The position numbers and the translations under genes are program-made. The notes beneath the pieces are model-generated. The model had not been told where the DNA came from, ran no database searches, and saw only the letters and a program-made list of their open reading frames with translations. Below, one piece after another: positions 34,001 through 46,030 of a stretch of 64,000 bases of DNA. The first letter of the stretch is position 1. Every line of letters starts with the position of its first letter. Source of the stretch: Azolla caroliniana (lineage: Eukaryota > Plantae > Polypodiophyta); NCBI GenBank assembly GCA_043228905.1, contig JBHGNT010000018.1:3286001-3350000 (forward strand), written 5' to 3'.

Positions 34001-37000
34001 TTATGTTCATCAAACTCAAAGGCCACTTCAAATCATACATTTTGAAATATGCAGGCCATTTCACCTTCCATTGATAATTGGTAATCGATACTTCATTGTA
34101 GTTATCAATGAGATCATAAGGTTCATTATCCTTTGCTTTGTCAATAGTAAAGTTAGTCCTTTCCATGCTTTCTCAATCTACGAAACACTTGTCAATAATC
34201 AATGTCAATGCAAAATCGAAACCATTGGAACAAACAATGGGGAAGAGTATTGTTCAAACAAATGGATAACATTTTGCAAGATACATAGCATAATGCATGA
34301 TATATGACTTCATACAACCCCAACAAAGTGTTGTTATAGAGCGAAAGAATAGAATATTATTGGATGCAAGTCGAAGTGTGCTCTGAGTGGCCAGATCACT
34401 CAACCAAATTTGACAAGAGGTAGTCTCAACAACTTTTTATTTGTAAAATCAATCTCCGCAAAAGATACTTAGATTAAATGCTCCATTTTTCTTATGTTTT
34501 CGAAGAAATCACATATTGGTGAGTTAAAGATATTTAGGGCAGTAGGTTATAGTCACATTTCCCCCAAATCAAGAAAGAAATTATATCACCATGGCATAAA
34601 ATGGGCTATGGAGAATCCAATGGGATAAAGGGATGTAACCTACAAAGGATCAACTATATATAAATTTCCTATTTTATGGGTTAAATAATTTGTATCCTTT
34701 TATCTAATTGGATTCTCCATAGACTATTAATATACGTTTTATGATATGAGGATCTAATTTATTTCTTATTTTAGGGGAAATTTGATTATAAGATATTTCT
34801 TTGAATATAATTTATGGACCAACATGTGGTTTTCTTCCCAATTATAAGAAAAATGGAGTACTTCATCCAAATTCCTTATGAGGAGATTGATTTTGTCAAT
34901 GACATGTTGTTGAGAATTGCCTCTTGCCAAAATTGGTTGTGTAATCCAATTACTTGAAGCATGCTTCGACTTGCATCCAATAATGTTCTATTCTTTTGTT
35001 CTGCAACATCATTTTGTTGTGGATTGTGTGAATTATATTCACACCTTATGCCACGTATCTTGGAAAATGTCGTCCTTTGTTTAAACAATTCTCTCCCGTA
35101 TTGTCTTTTCTAATGGTTTAGGTATTGGATTAAAGTTGACTTTCGACAAGTGCTTTGTAAATTGGGAAAACACGGAAAGCCCTAGCTTTACTCTTAATGA
35201 AGCAAAGGTGGTGAACGTTCTGAAATCATCTATAAATGTAATAAAGTATCAATCACGAGTTATTGAAGGTAGTTGAAGTTTTCTACGTAGGTCAAAATGT
35301 ATGAGTTGAAGTGGCCTTTGAGTTTGACGAACATTGTGATTAAACTTTTGTTTACTTTGTTTCACATAGATGCATCCTTCACATATATATAAATATCAAA
35401 ATGATTTATTTGTTTTACCTTCAACAAGTTGGTGTGCTTGAATTGTCTTCACTGATTTTAGATGTAGGTGGCCTAGGCAATGATGCCATTTCAAAGTTTG
35501 ATCTTCTTGATGGCTTGCAACTATGTATGCTTCAATCGATGAATTGTCTATTATCTTTAATGGGTATAATTTTCCCATCTCTGGGCATGTTGTTTTGATT
35601 ATTACTCCTCTGGGCAACTCATAACGGATTATGGCACAATTCTAATTCTATTATTGTCTCAATTGATGTAGCTTCACATACAAATAATAAGTTCTTTGCT
35701 AATCCCAACACAAAAGAAACATTTGAGATGCTATTTTGGATTTGTTGTTAATTGATAGATAAAGGGTACCTTTTCCAAGTGATAACTTGGTTCCATTATC
35801 TCCAGAGTGTGCCTCAAGTGGGTAATGAAGTGAAGTGGATTGTAATTATGCAAATATTCTTAGCTATAGGTAAGATGGTGGGTGATGCTGGTGTCACACT
35901 TTCCAAATTTTCAAATTCTACTCTTTCAATTTCAAACTTTCCAAAGTACCTCAACCCAACCTTAGATTTTTATACCATTGAAATCAAACTTTAGGATCTT
36001 CTTCAAAAGATACCTCACAAGATGACACTACTCTAATCAAAGTTATAGCAAGCCCATCTCCACACCAACAAGTATTGCAAACGATCTGGCATGGTCTTCA
36101 CTTTTGCAGGTTTAGCAATTGCCTGGCGAACCAAAAGGCAATCTTCTGTTACAGTCTAAAGTACTGAAGCTGAGTACATCGCTGCAGCCCTTACCACAAA
36201 AGATGGCCTCTAGATAAAGACAATGATAGAAGATCTTGACATCTTCCAACTAAAAGAAAGGAAGGTATTTTGCGACAACCAGCCAACCATAAAGCTTGAA
36301 ATGAACCCCAAGATAATTGATCAAACAAACATATTCAAGCATGTCATAACTTTTTTGACCCAAGATCTACTTATGAAACCCACAATCTTCTGAAAACATT
36401 AAAACACTAAGGTGTGTGTACTATAGTCAACATATCCTCTCCTTTGAAGTTACACCTTTGTATGATTTCCCTTGCCATTTGCTGATCAATAGCTCATGTT
36501 ACACAGGTGAGAATACATGAGGGCAGTATAGCCTATGGTTTCCAGTGATATAAATCCTTTGTATTTCTTGCTGGAATGGAACATATTTGATGTCAAAAGG
36601 ATCTAAGTAAACTGAAAAATCATTTGGCAAAGGTATGTCAGTCATCTGCTAGGTGTGAAGAAGTTCCACGAGAACAAGCCCTGGTCCTCAAGGTTCAAAT
36701 TCGAACTCTGGGAATATACAAATCTCTCCCTTTCATATAGTGTATATTAGTGCATCTACGGATATAATATTCCTCTGTCTAGGTTTTCTTTGACAAAGCT
36801 GGCATAAAGTTGGCTCTATCCCAATCAGTTACCTTTCTCCATCAACTAGGGGAGCAATATACTCCAGACTTGCACTAGAATCCTTGAGGCAGTTGGCATC
36901 CCAAGAGATAGGTGACACAATTGGAAGTTTTTTAATCCAATAGAGTCTGAAGTATATAATGGACTCGACATACAGATAAGTTTTGACCACAGATGTATTG

Positions 37001-38027
37001 AAACTCGACATACAGAAGATGAAGCAAAAATACAAGGGTGTCACATTACCATTTTAGGAGAGCCACTTGTTGCAACAATTCAATGATGGCTTCATTGTTC
37101 CACCAAGCTACATGAACACTGAGGTTTCATATGGAAACAGACATGTGTGAAGGCACTCTGATGGCCAAATGTGCACAGAGAAGTATAAGGACAAGACGAA
37201 AGATCAGGATGGATATAGGAAATTCATAGAGAATCACATATTAGACTGTTTGCAAGAGGATTTTAGGTGGAGTAGAGGCTTGCTATATCATTTCCATTTA
37301 TTAGACCTTGGAAATTATCAAGCAAGATAAAATGAAGGGAGATTGTATGATTGGCTAGGCCCATACTATTTATGAATCATCCGTCACTCAAAATCATAAC
37401 TGGATTTGATACATGTCTTGTCACTCGAGTATATAATATTGTTGATCAAGATATAAGAAATATTTTTGATCTTGCTTCATTTTCCTGTACAATTTTCTCA
37501 CCTAAGGTTATTAACACACTGATATTTGCAGGGAGGATATCATATTCTATGACCCTATGAACACAGTTTCTGGAGTAGAAAACTATAAGCTAATATTTAA
37601 GGCTCTCCGATTCTATGGACGGATATTCTTCAAGTCTATGTGGGTGCAAATTCTTCGCATTTGGCAACCATCTGATAATGTGATTATGGTACGTTGGCAA
37701 GTACGTGGTGTACCAAGAGTGCCATGGGAAGCTCAAGGTATATTTGATGGAACATCAGAATACAAGCTGGATAAGAAAGGAAAAATCTATGAACACAAGG
37801 TTGACAATATTGCTTTAAATTCAAGACCCAAATTAAAGGTTCCAACAGTTGAGGAGCTTTTACAGATGGCAGGATGCCCGTCAACTCCAAAGCCCACCTA
37901 TTTTCAGGAGAAGCACAACGTCTTTACTGGAATAATGCCATACTTGTTTCAGTTCACATGGGTAAGATACTACTTAGCATTGAAAGGAACAGTGGGCTTA
38001 TATACACAACATCATCTCAGTATTTAG
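31076..38027 (+). CDS. DUF2358 / NTF2-like protein with a Ser/Pro-rich, transit-peptide-like N-terminus; 2 exons
   Basis: Exon 1 at 31076-31560 (DFHVNVGYAIRTLREELP..YEIYR) splices to exon 2 at 37532-38027 (EDIIFYDPMN..RIWQP..VRWQVRGVPRVPWEA..FDGTSEYKLD..IYEHKVDN). GT-AG intron of ~5.97 kb. Confidence 0.88.
31578..31880 (+). repeat. Degenerate ~80-bp tandem repeat (4 units) at the start of the DUF2358 intron
   Basis: CTTA(G/A)CACTT(G/T)GG....TTTGCAAA units start near 31578, 31666, 31741 and 31828. Confidence 0.55.
32990..34640 (+). mobile_element. Degenerate Ty1/Copia gag-protease-integrase remnant (intronic)
   Basis: IETIGTNNGEEY resembles LRTDNGGEY, and YNPQQSVVIERKNRILLDASRS resembles TPQQNGVAERKNR. 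Many stops. Confidence 0.8.
34690..35860 (-). mobile_element. Second Copia remnant, an inverted homolog of 33545-34638
   Basis: LKWHHCLGH (GAG-pre-integrase) and HNPQQNDVAEQKNRTLLDASRSML. Collinear reverse complement of the upstream remnant. Confidence 0.82.
36075..36350 (+). mobile_element. Copia RNase H remnant
   Basis: SGMVFTFAGLAIAWRTKRQSSVTV*STEAEYIAA...VFCDNQ. Confidence 0.8.
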
Positions 38028-38799
38028 TATCTGTTATCAAGAACATTGTTAACACAATGCAAGCTATGTTTCCTAGTTCCTACAAGTCTTTTGTATCTAT
38101 GTGCAGATCCACATACATTTTCAGCAGTGAAGACTATTCATTGTGCCCTGATGTCTGTATAATACAACATTGTATATATACTTATATTTGTGATAATATA
38201 AGATATTACATCTTCTTGTTTTGTTGGGATTCTGGCATCTGATTGTTTTAAGTAGCAACTGTAACGACGAATGTCTCTTATAATTCGAAGAAACCACCAG
38301 GTGAAGTTCATTTCCCTGCTTTTCCGGCAACTTGAAAATCTTGTAGGTAACTTAAAAGCTCCTTGTTAATATCCACATTGTATCAACAATCACATTTGAT
38401 AGATTGGGAGCCCTCAGGCATCAGGTATGAATATATTATATATATCATACACTAAAAATCAATTTGTTTTTTGATTTGGATCATTCATAATCATACAACA
38501 GTCTACTAGGCTTTGCCGGACTATGGTTTGAAGTTATCTTTCATTTGCATATACGGCCTTTACAATATTCATTAAGCAGCTGGCAAATGTTTGGTTAAAG
38601 ATCACACAGCCAGATAATCTGGCTTTTTTGGTGTTATCATTTGTTTTTTGAAAGGAATTAGGTCCATGAATTTTATGCATGCAACCATGCAAAAAGGCCA
38701 ATTTCTGTCCCTCATCCGAATAAACATAAAACCATATATATCTTGGTGAACATTAACCTGTCATTTGCCTAGACCATAGTTATATATTTATATGGTTCA

Positions 38800-41700
38800 T
38801 TATTTAGTAGCTTTGACACCATAATGTTGAAAACTCTTATACAAATCACTCCCGAAATCGCATTTACCACCATATTGTGTCATGTCAACATCTATGCTCA
38901 AGCCTGAATTAAAATTGTGATTTGGTTGACGTGACTCTTTATGTTTCTGCATCGATGAGGAAGAACTTATTAAGTTTGATCTATCTTTCTCTTCACATTC
39001 TGGAGTTGGGGTTCGTGCAGTTAACCATCCCATAACTTCTTCCATATCTGTCTGAGTTTCCTTTGGGGAATTACAACTATTTACCTAGAATTATAAACAT
39101 TGACCTTTTCAGTTCAATTTTTTGTTAATCAAAGTTTCTTATTTGCAGCCCAAGCAATTTATGGAGCCAATAGAATATACGCTTGCATATGTACATACAT
39201 AGAATTCTGTTAACCACTTTTTTGCACATTCAAGTAGGCGAACACGCAAAATGTGTAAATGGATATGTGAATACATTCATTCAGAAATGCTGATGTAATA
39301 CTGAAATTAGATCTTCAACAGGTCTAGCATGTCATGTGCTATCTGGACCACTAACCAAACTGTATCATGAACATGAATCTTCTACCATAGTAGTTATATT
39401 AGGACATCTTTTCGAAAGTTATTTAGGTATGCATTTTCACATCAAGGCAAAATATATATTGGACACATCTCGAACTTGTTAGAAGGGATCACTACCTGTG
39501 GTAGATAACTTGTAAGACATGTTAACTTCATACATTGAAGGTGATCTTGAAATTGTTAGATATACAGAAAATATAAGGGTTATGAGGAAAAGAAATCACT
39601 ACCTGTGGTAGATAACTTGTGATAACCTGTCTCTGAGGCTCCAAACCTGTAATATAATGAAATTTATTTTTCATTAGGAGAACCCAATACCTGAAAACTC
39701 AAATATAGCAATTTGAATGAAACTTACAGACATAATCTCTATTTCTAGGGAGGATATGAATTTCTCGATGGATAAGATCACATAAACTGCAACTGTGTGA
39801 ATCCTCTCGAAAACAACTAACCAAGCTTGGGGTCAGTTTATTATAATGATCTTTCTCTAGAAATTTTTATAGGATTAGCAAATAGTGCAGCTTCAGATAT
39901 GGCACAATATGTGCGTACCTTCAAGTAAAGATTGCTCGAGTATTGTGCAGTCATTGTTTTTTAGTAATACATTATATTAAATATGAGAAACCTATGTGCA
40001 GTGAGATGAAAATCCACACAGATGATAAGGAAATAAGCTTCAGGACACTATGTTTGTCTTAAGACTAGAATGATTCAAAGAAGAGAGCATTTTTATGATA
40101 TCCTATACCTTTTGCGACATGAGAAGAATCTAAAGTTCCTCGAGTGAAAACCTAAAGTTCAAAATGTGTCACAGTTAGGCAGTCCATGGAGCAGCTGATC
40201 ACAATATATCCATATTTTCCACAAAGACCCAAAATCTAACCCATGAAATACAATGGCAGCACGTGAATCTCTGGATGGATTGCCATAAGGGCCAAAATCC
40301 ACGACTGTCTGTCTTTGGCTTCAAGGAATGCATTTTGGATCACATATTATTACCAATTGTCTTTTGTATTGTGCAGAGATGTGTGCCTGTGTGTGTTCCT
40401 GATCCCAAATTCATTGCCAATATTGAAGAAAACATCTAAAATCCTCATAAGCCCATGAATTAACAGTTCAAATGGCTCCTAAGGGTATGGATAAGAAGAG
40501 ATGTATGAGTAATCATTACCTGTCTTGCCTCCATTCAGGATATGTTTTGATTCTTTTGAGTTCCCTGTTAGTGAACTGACCAATCTCTATGTTGCTGAGT
40601 ATATCCAACCCTGTTGTTGCTGGCTTGGACTTCTGGAAATGCTTTTTGCACAAAGCGTTGTATCGGTTTTTTACGGCATTATCTGTTCTGAAATTTTCAG
40701 ATTTTTTATTTTCACCATGGTTTGTTAGCATTTCCTCCCAGCCAGTATTATTTTGAGAATTTTAATTTAAAATTTTCTTGTAAAGCCTAAATGGATGTCA
40801 CATGATACTCATAGCTCTTTACAATAGTGAAAGATTACTACTAAGCCAATCTTTTAGGCGTTAATCCACCACTATGTTTACAAACACGAGGTAGAAATGT
40901 GTCACATTCACATAAGTCTCTTATTATTTTTCATGTACTGCATTTTCTTGGCCAAATATGTGAGATATACCTGCCAGGAACTAGTTTGGCTATTTCAGTC
41001 CATCGGTTTCCAAAGGTACTATGACCCTACCAAAATATTCATTGAATTATCAAAAATCTACATGTAATTTTCATGCGTAACTCAAATATACATGTAAATT
41101 TTGTCCAGATATGCTATGTTCTACTGAATTTTATTACTATGTTAATAACACTTTACAAACCTCGAGAAGGATGCGATCTTCATCTGTACTCCAACTGCTT
41201 TTGTTCATGCACATGTGAAGATATGTCTGCCATCTACAATTCATTCTTAAAACAAATGTTAATTAATTAGTTAACACTTCTAAGGTTCATTTCATCCAAT
41301 AATATTATGTTTTTGGCATAAGTGAGTTGTGAGAACCTTTTCCGGCATTCATGAGGAATCTTGTTTTGCATTTTTGCCGCAATAATATGCCATCTATAAG
41401 TACAAGTATGTAGAGTTTTGTTAAAGAAATATCAATTTGGATACTAATTGTTACCTGAGAGGGAATAAAGAAATTGTTTAATACCTTTTTGTTCCATACC
41501 GTTTTACAAGCTCTTTTAGGAACTCATCTTCCTGCCCTTGAGCAGAGAGAAGAAAACATTATTAGAAGTGTATGACGATTTGTGACCTTATTGAATTGCA
41601 AAGAGAACCCTCTTTACGTGTATGATTCATTCTTACTATTGACACCCTAGCTAAGAATTAGATAGCAATAGAAGCACGCCAGATCACGAAATAGCATATA

Positions 41701-42415
41701 TTTTAAGATGCATAAATGATCTGTTTTTCTAGCCTGTATATTGCACATGAAAATTCAGCACATTTTGGGGCAGAAGATAAAAGAAATGTGATGTGTGGCA
41801 GTGTCATTGTTGGTGAGGGCGAGGTCATGGTTATGGTCATGGTCATGGACATGGACATCTACATATCATTGGTTATGTCAATGATAAGAGTGATGGTTAT
41901 GGTCATGGTCATGGTCATGGACATGGACATCTACATATCATTGGTGATGTCAATGATAAGAGTGATGGTTATGGTCATGGTCATGGTCATGGACACGGAC
42001 ATCTACATATCATTGGTGATGTCAATGATAAGAGTGATGGTCATGGTCATGGTCATGGACATGGACATCTACATATCATTGGTGATGTCAATGATAAGAG
42101 TGATGGTTATGGTCATGGTCATGAACGTGGACATCTACATATCATTGGTGATGTCAATGATAAGAGTGATGGTGATGGTGATGATGATGATGATGTGCAT
42201 GGTAATTTTTGGGTAAACTAATGGAGAAGCAGATAATTAAAGGAAGTAAGTACCTGTTCTGTGAATGAGGCAGGAGAGGTAGGGTAATGATGAAGCAGGG
42301 GCGGCGATTGTGACGGCAACACGAGATGGATCTCATGTAAACCATTCTCTGCGTTATTTCTGAGGATGACTGATTGATCATTGAGACAGGGAGTAGAGGA
42401 TCTGGTGGTAGCCAT
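38800..42415 (-). CDS. Intron-rich R2R3-MYB of the FOUR LIPS/MYB88 type
   Basis: Spliced exons 42254-42415 (..SFTEQ), ~41485-41531 (EDEFLKELVKRYGTK), ~41337-41393 (WHIIAAKM..CRK), ~41161-41233 (WQTYL..WSTDEDRILLE), ~40971-41026 (GHSTFGNRWTEIAKLVPG) and ~40520-40688 (RTDNAVKNRYNALCKK). Middle exons at 39100-40500 are unresolved. The last exon is inferred at ~38800-39084. Confidence 0.82.
41823..42195 (+). repeat. Minisatellite of 5 units, 66-72 bp, in MYB intron 1
   Basis: CTACATATCATTGG anchors at 41859, 41931, 42003, 42069 and 42135. The variable part is (ATGGTC)n. Confidence 0.95.
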
Positions 42416-42935
42416 GATGTTTGCTAGGCACAGAATGATAAACTATGTGTGAGGAGGTACCCATCAATACAAGCTTTAAATGCTTTAAATGGAATGTGTG
42501 TACGGCGGCATACAGAGGCAGAGAGTGAGGAAAGGAGGCATGTGGGCAGTTGATCAACGACCAAATTCAGCTGAACAGTGAATGAACGAATCAATCTTTT
42601 CTTTTTTTGGGGGGGGGGGTGGGGTCGTTAAATCCTCTGTTTCAGATTTTTTCTCCGCACAAACTATGTGTATGTATGTATTTATGTATGTGTGTTCTTT
42701 TCTTCTTCTTCTTCTTCTTCTTCTTCTTCTTCTATTGCCAAGATGAAAGAGGGAACTTGACATGAGGCGTGACACCCCCATATAACCACACACACACACA
42801 CACCACGTCACGCACACGCAGCCGGCCATCACACTCACGAAACCCTCTGGGCCCGCCGGACATCTCTCATATATATTGCCTTTGGCCTTTGGCGTCGCAC
42901 ACTTCCTGCATTGACATGTTTATTATAGTAGTTGC

Positions 42936-43180
42936 GCACAAGAAGCTGACCTAGCCCCTCACCCCGTCCGTCGACCTCTACGTGCATCTTGGCACACACG
43001 AGAAGTTCACCTCTAGCTCCTGACTCGGTCCGTCGACCTCTACATGCATATGGCACACATGAGAAGTTGACCTTGCTCTTGACTCAATCTCTCAATATTT
43101 TCTTGCATCTGGCACACACGAGAAGTTCACATCTTGCTCCTGCCTCGGTCCGTCAACCTTTTGCTTGCATCTGGCACTTG
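42936..43180 (+). repeat. ~60-bp tandem repeat x4 upstream of the MYB gene
   Basis: TGGCAC anchors near 42990, 43051, 43110 and 43172, with GAGAAGTT(C/G)AC and GTCCGTC(G/A)ACC. Confidence 0.8.
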
Positions 43181-45884
43181 TCTATTGCATTTGCACACTC
43201 GAGGGGTTGGCTAGTAAAACATGCGAAGTTTTTGGCCCCTAGCTCTTTTCAGCTGGAAGAGGTGCGCAACACAAATCAGCCCCATATTTTACTATTGTGG
43301 ACAATACTAGAACCATTGCTTGTCATGTCCGATCCGCACTTTTTAAACTTTGTCATAGCCTTGTTTCACCACACCACACCAACCTCGACGACGAAGTTCT
43401 ATCGACACTACTCTCATACATCTCCAAGATCATTCCACATCATGCATTTAAGTCATGACCACGAACCTTTAGAAAACCTACAACTTTTATTTTTGTTTCA
43501 ATATGGATGTACGAATTCATTCGTATTTGGAATCACAATTTGTCTCATAATCCAATTTTGACGGCTAGTAGACGTTAATACATCTTTATTTCTCTCTCTC
43601 TCTCTCTCTCTCTAGCAAGCTTGCACCTCAATTCTTGGATAAGTATTTATTTTTGTTGCAGTTGTTGATAACCCAATGCAATTCGAAACATGAAATTTTT
43701 CATCTATCATGCTCTATTTTGTCACATGTCTTCCATTTCCTTTTATTAGAAGAGATTTTTGATAGGCTATTGAGATTGCACCAAGGGCAACGAGTCAAAG
43801 CACTCTCAAAAGAATTGAGCAAGGGTATGTATTTCAAAATTTTGTGTCAAATGATACAAGTAATTCAAAACCTCCCATACAAGAAGTGATAATGTCATTG
43901 TTAAATGAAGAGATGAACATCAAAATAGATAGATTCTATTATTGTCTTCAGAGGTCAAATATGACCTATGAGACCAAAAATATTAAATGTCATGTGATAC
44001 ATGTGAAAGTGAGTAGTGACTCTCGATATTCAAGAACTTTACCAATGAATGTTGCAATTGAGAGTGCACATTGTGGTGGTGAGAGGAATTTGTGCAAGGA
44101 TTGGGTTTGGTTGAAGATGTGTGGAAAGCATGGGCAAATTGATCAAAGGCAGAGAGCATTGTATCAAATAGTGATACTCAAACTCTTGAACTTGTTTAGG
44201 GCAATATCAACCTGATACAACTCCTCAGATTAGCCACCACCATCCTAGCCTTCTACAATTGTAGTAAAAGTTTCTTCTTCTTTTGCAATCATCGAAATAA
44301 ACTTTTGACGAACATGGCATATCTGATAGAGGACACCTTTGTATCATTTGGCATTGTAAATAGAGAGAATTGTCTTTTATAAACTCCATCCACTTGGCAA
44401 CCTACCATATAGCATGACCGATCTAAATTATTCAGTGGTGGGAGAAATAAGGTAATGATGAAGTCAATTCAAGGTTATCACTAGCATTAATAGTCCAAAG
44501 GAAGGTTGTCTACTTTATCCCCACTCTTCCCTAGTTGAGATCATTGATACTATATTAATTGTTCCATGTAAAAGCTTCTATCCAACTAGATTATATCAAT
44601 TAATGTTAAACAAAAACCATAATTGCTCTATATTAAATGAATATTATGCCAATTTTTTTGTTTACATCTTTCATGTTGGAAAGAAAAAGTATTACATCAA
44701 TTGGATCTTTCTAGCACTGAATCTAGATTGAAGGAATTAAAAGAAAAAGAAAAGGAATATTACAAATCACCTAAGGGGAAACATTTTTCATATCTAAGAA
44801 TACAAACTAATAGACAGTGAATGACTTTACGTTCATATATTCAAACTATATTTATGACCCATCTTAGAAGTAAATGACAAGGAATTGTCGTGATACCTCA
44901 AATGAATGGCAAGTTGATACCAATTCATGTCAAATCAAGATATCGATTCGCGTCTACACATGGCATTTGGTGGTAGTCTCAAATTGAACTTCCAATGGTC
45001 ATAGCCATGGATGTATATAGAAAGTGGGTCATGGATGTTTCCCAACCACAAAGGTTGTAGCTCAGATGCTTGCCAAAACAAGTCTTAAGCTAACATCAAA
45101 CTTTCTTGCCAAATAAATATACATGGACAATGATATTTTTCAAGCCTCAACAGAGTTTAAGCACATATACCAATGTTGTTCTCTAATGTGGAAATTTCGG
45201 ACCCACATTTCTCGTAAACGTAATCATTGCATTTGACCTCTCTCTTGAGAACACACTATGGACATCATTACCTACCTATATGCTCATTGACTCCACTTCA
45301 TCAAACTCCAACGAGGTAAAGCAAAGTGTAGATTTCATTCATGATTGGAATATCTAGCTCTTACTTCTTTATTAGGAGTATACAAGAAGCAAAGTTGGAA
45401 GTGCCCAAGAGTTTTTCTCTGTTTCGCCCAATACAAGCAACGTATTTCCCCAAGCACCCTTTGTGCGATTCATTCTGGAGCACTTATACATGTAGAGTCA
45501 AATTTTATGGGAGTCGAGGAAACAATGAAAACTTAGTCGGAGGAGATAACAAGAGTAGTAATCTACCGACTGTTTTCCTATGGTATGGTCTGCTTAATTC
45601 AACCCCTTTCACGCTCTTTTAGAGGTCGGGATCAAGATCGGATGGGCATGGACAGAATGGAGACGCAACTGGGGGCCTCACGATTGACGAAGGCAAGAGA
45701 GGATGCCTTTCGTGAACCTACATACTCTCGGCATTGACCTTTTATGATACCCTCCCCTCCATGATGTCCCATTAGCTTTGCATTGTTTTCCTTCCTAATA
45801 GTTAATTACACTATGTATTTTTTCAATTACTCTTTGTTGTTTTTAAAATTACTCTATTTTTTTGTTTTTCTTTTTATGTATATG

Positions 45885-45916
<32 letters not shown>

Positions 45917-46030
45917 TGTATGTATGTATGTATGTATGTATGTGTAGGTATATATAGCTGATTGATTTCCTCTGTTTTTGGTTTGTTCATGAAGTCCCAG
46001 CAGTAGTTTTAGTGATTATTAAGTGTAACT

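Noticed and set aside
36600-37250. LINE ORF1 remnant in the DUF2358 intron
   Set aside because: Weak resemblance only (LRQLASQEIGDTIGSF), with no intact knuckle, TSD or tail.
41716-42216. 166-aa Met/Val-rich ORF as a gene
   Set aside because: It is the translation of a hexamer-based minisatellite in a MYB intron.
43600-45620. Retroelement or pseudogene fragments between MYB and SDH6
   Set aside because: Protein-like snippets are present, but no diagnostic motif could be confirmed by eye.
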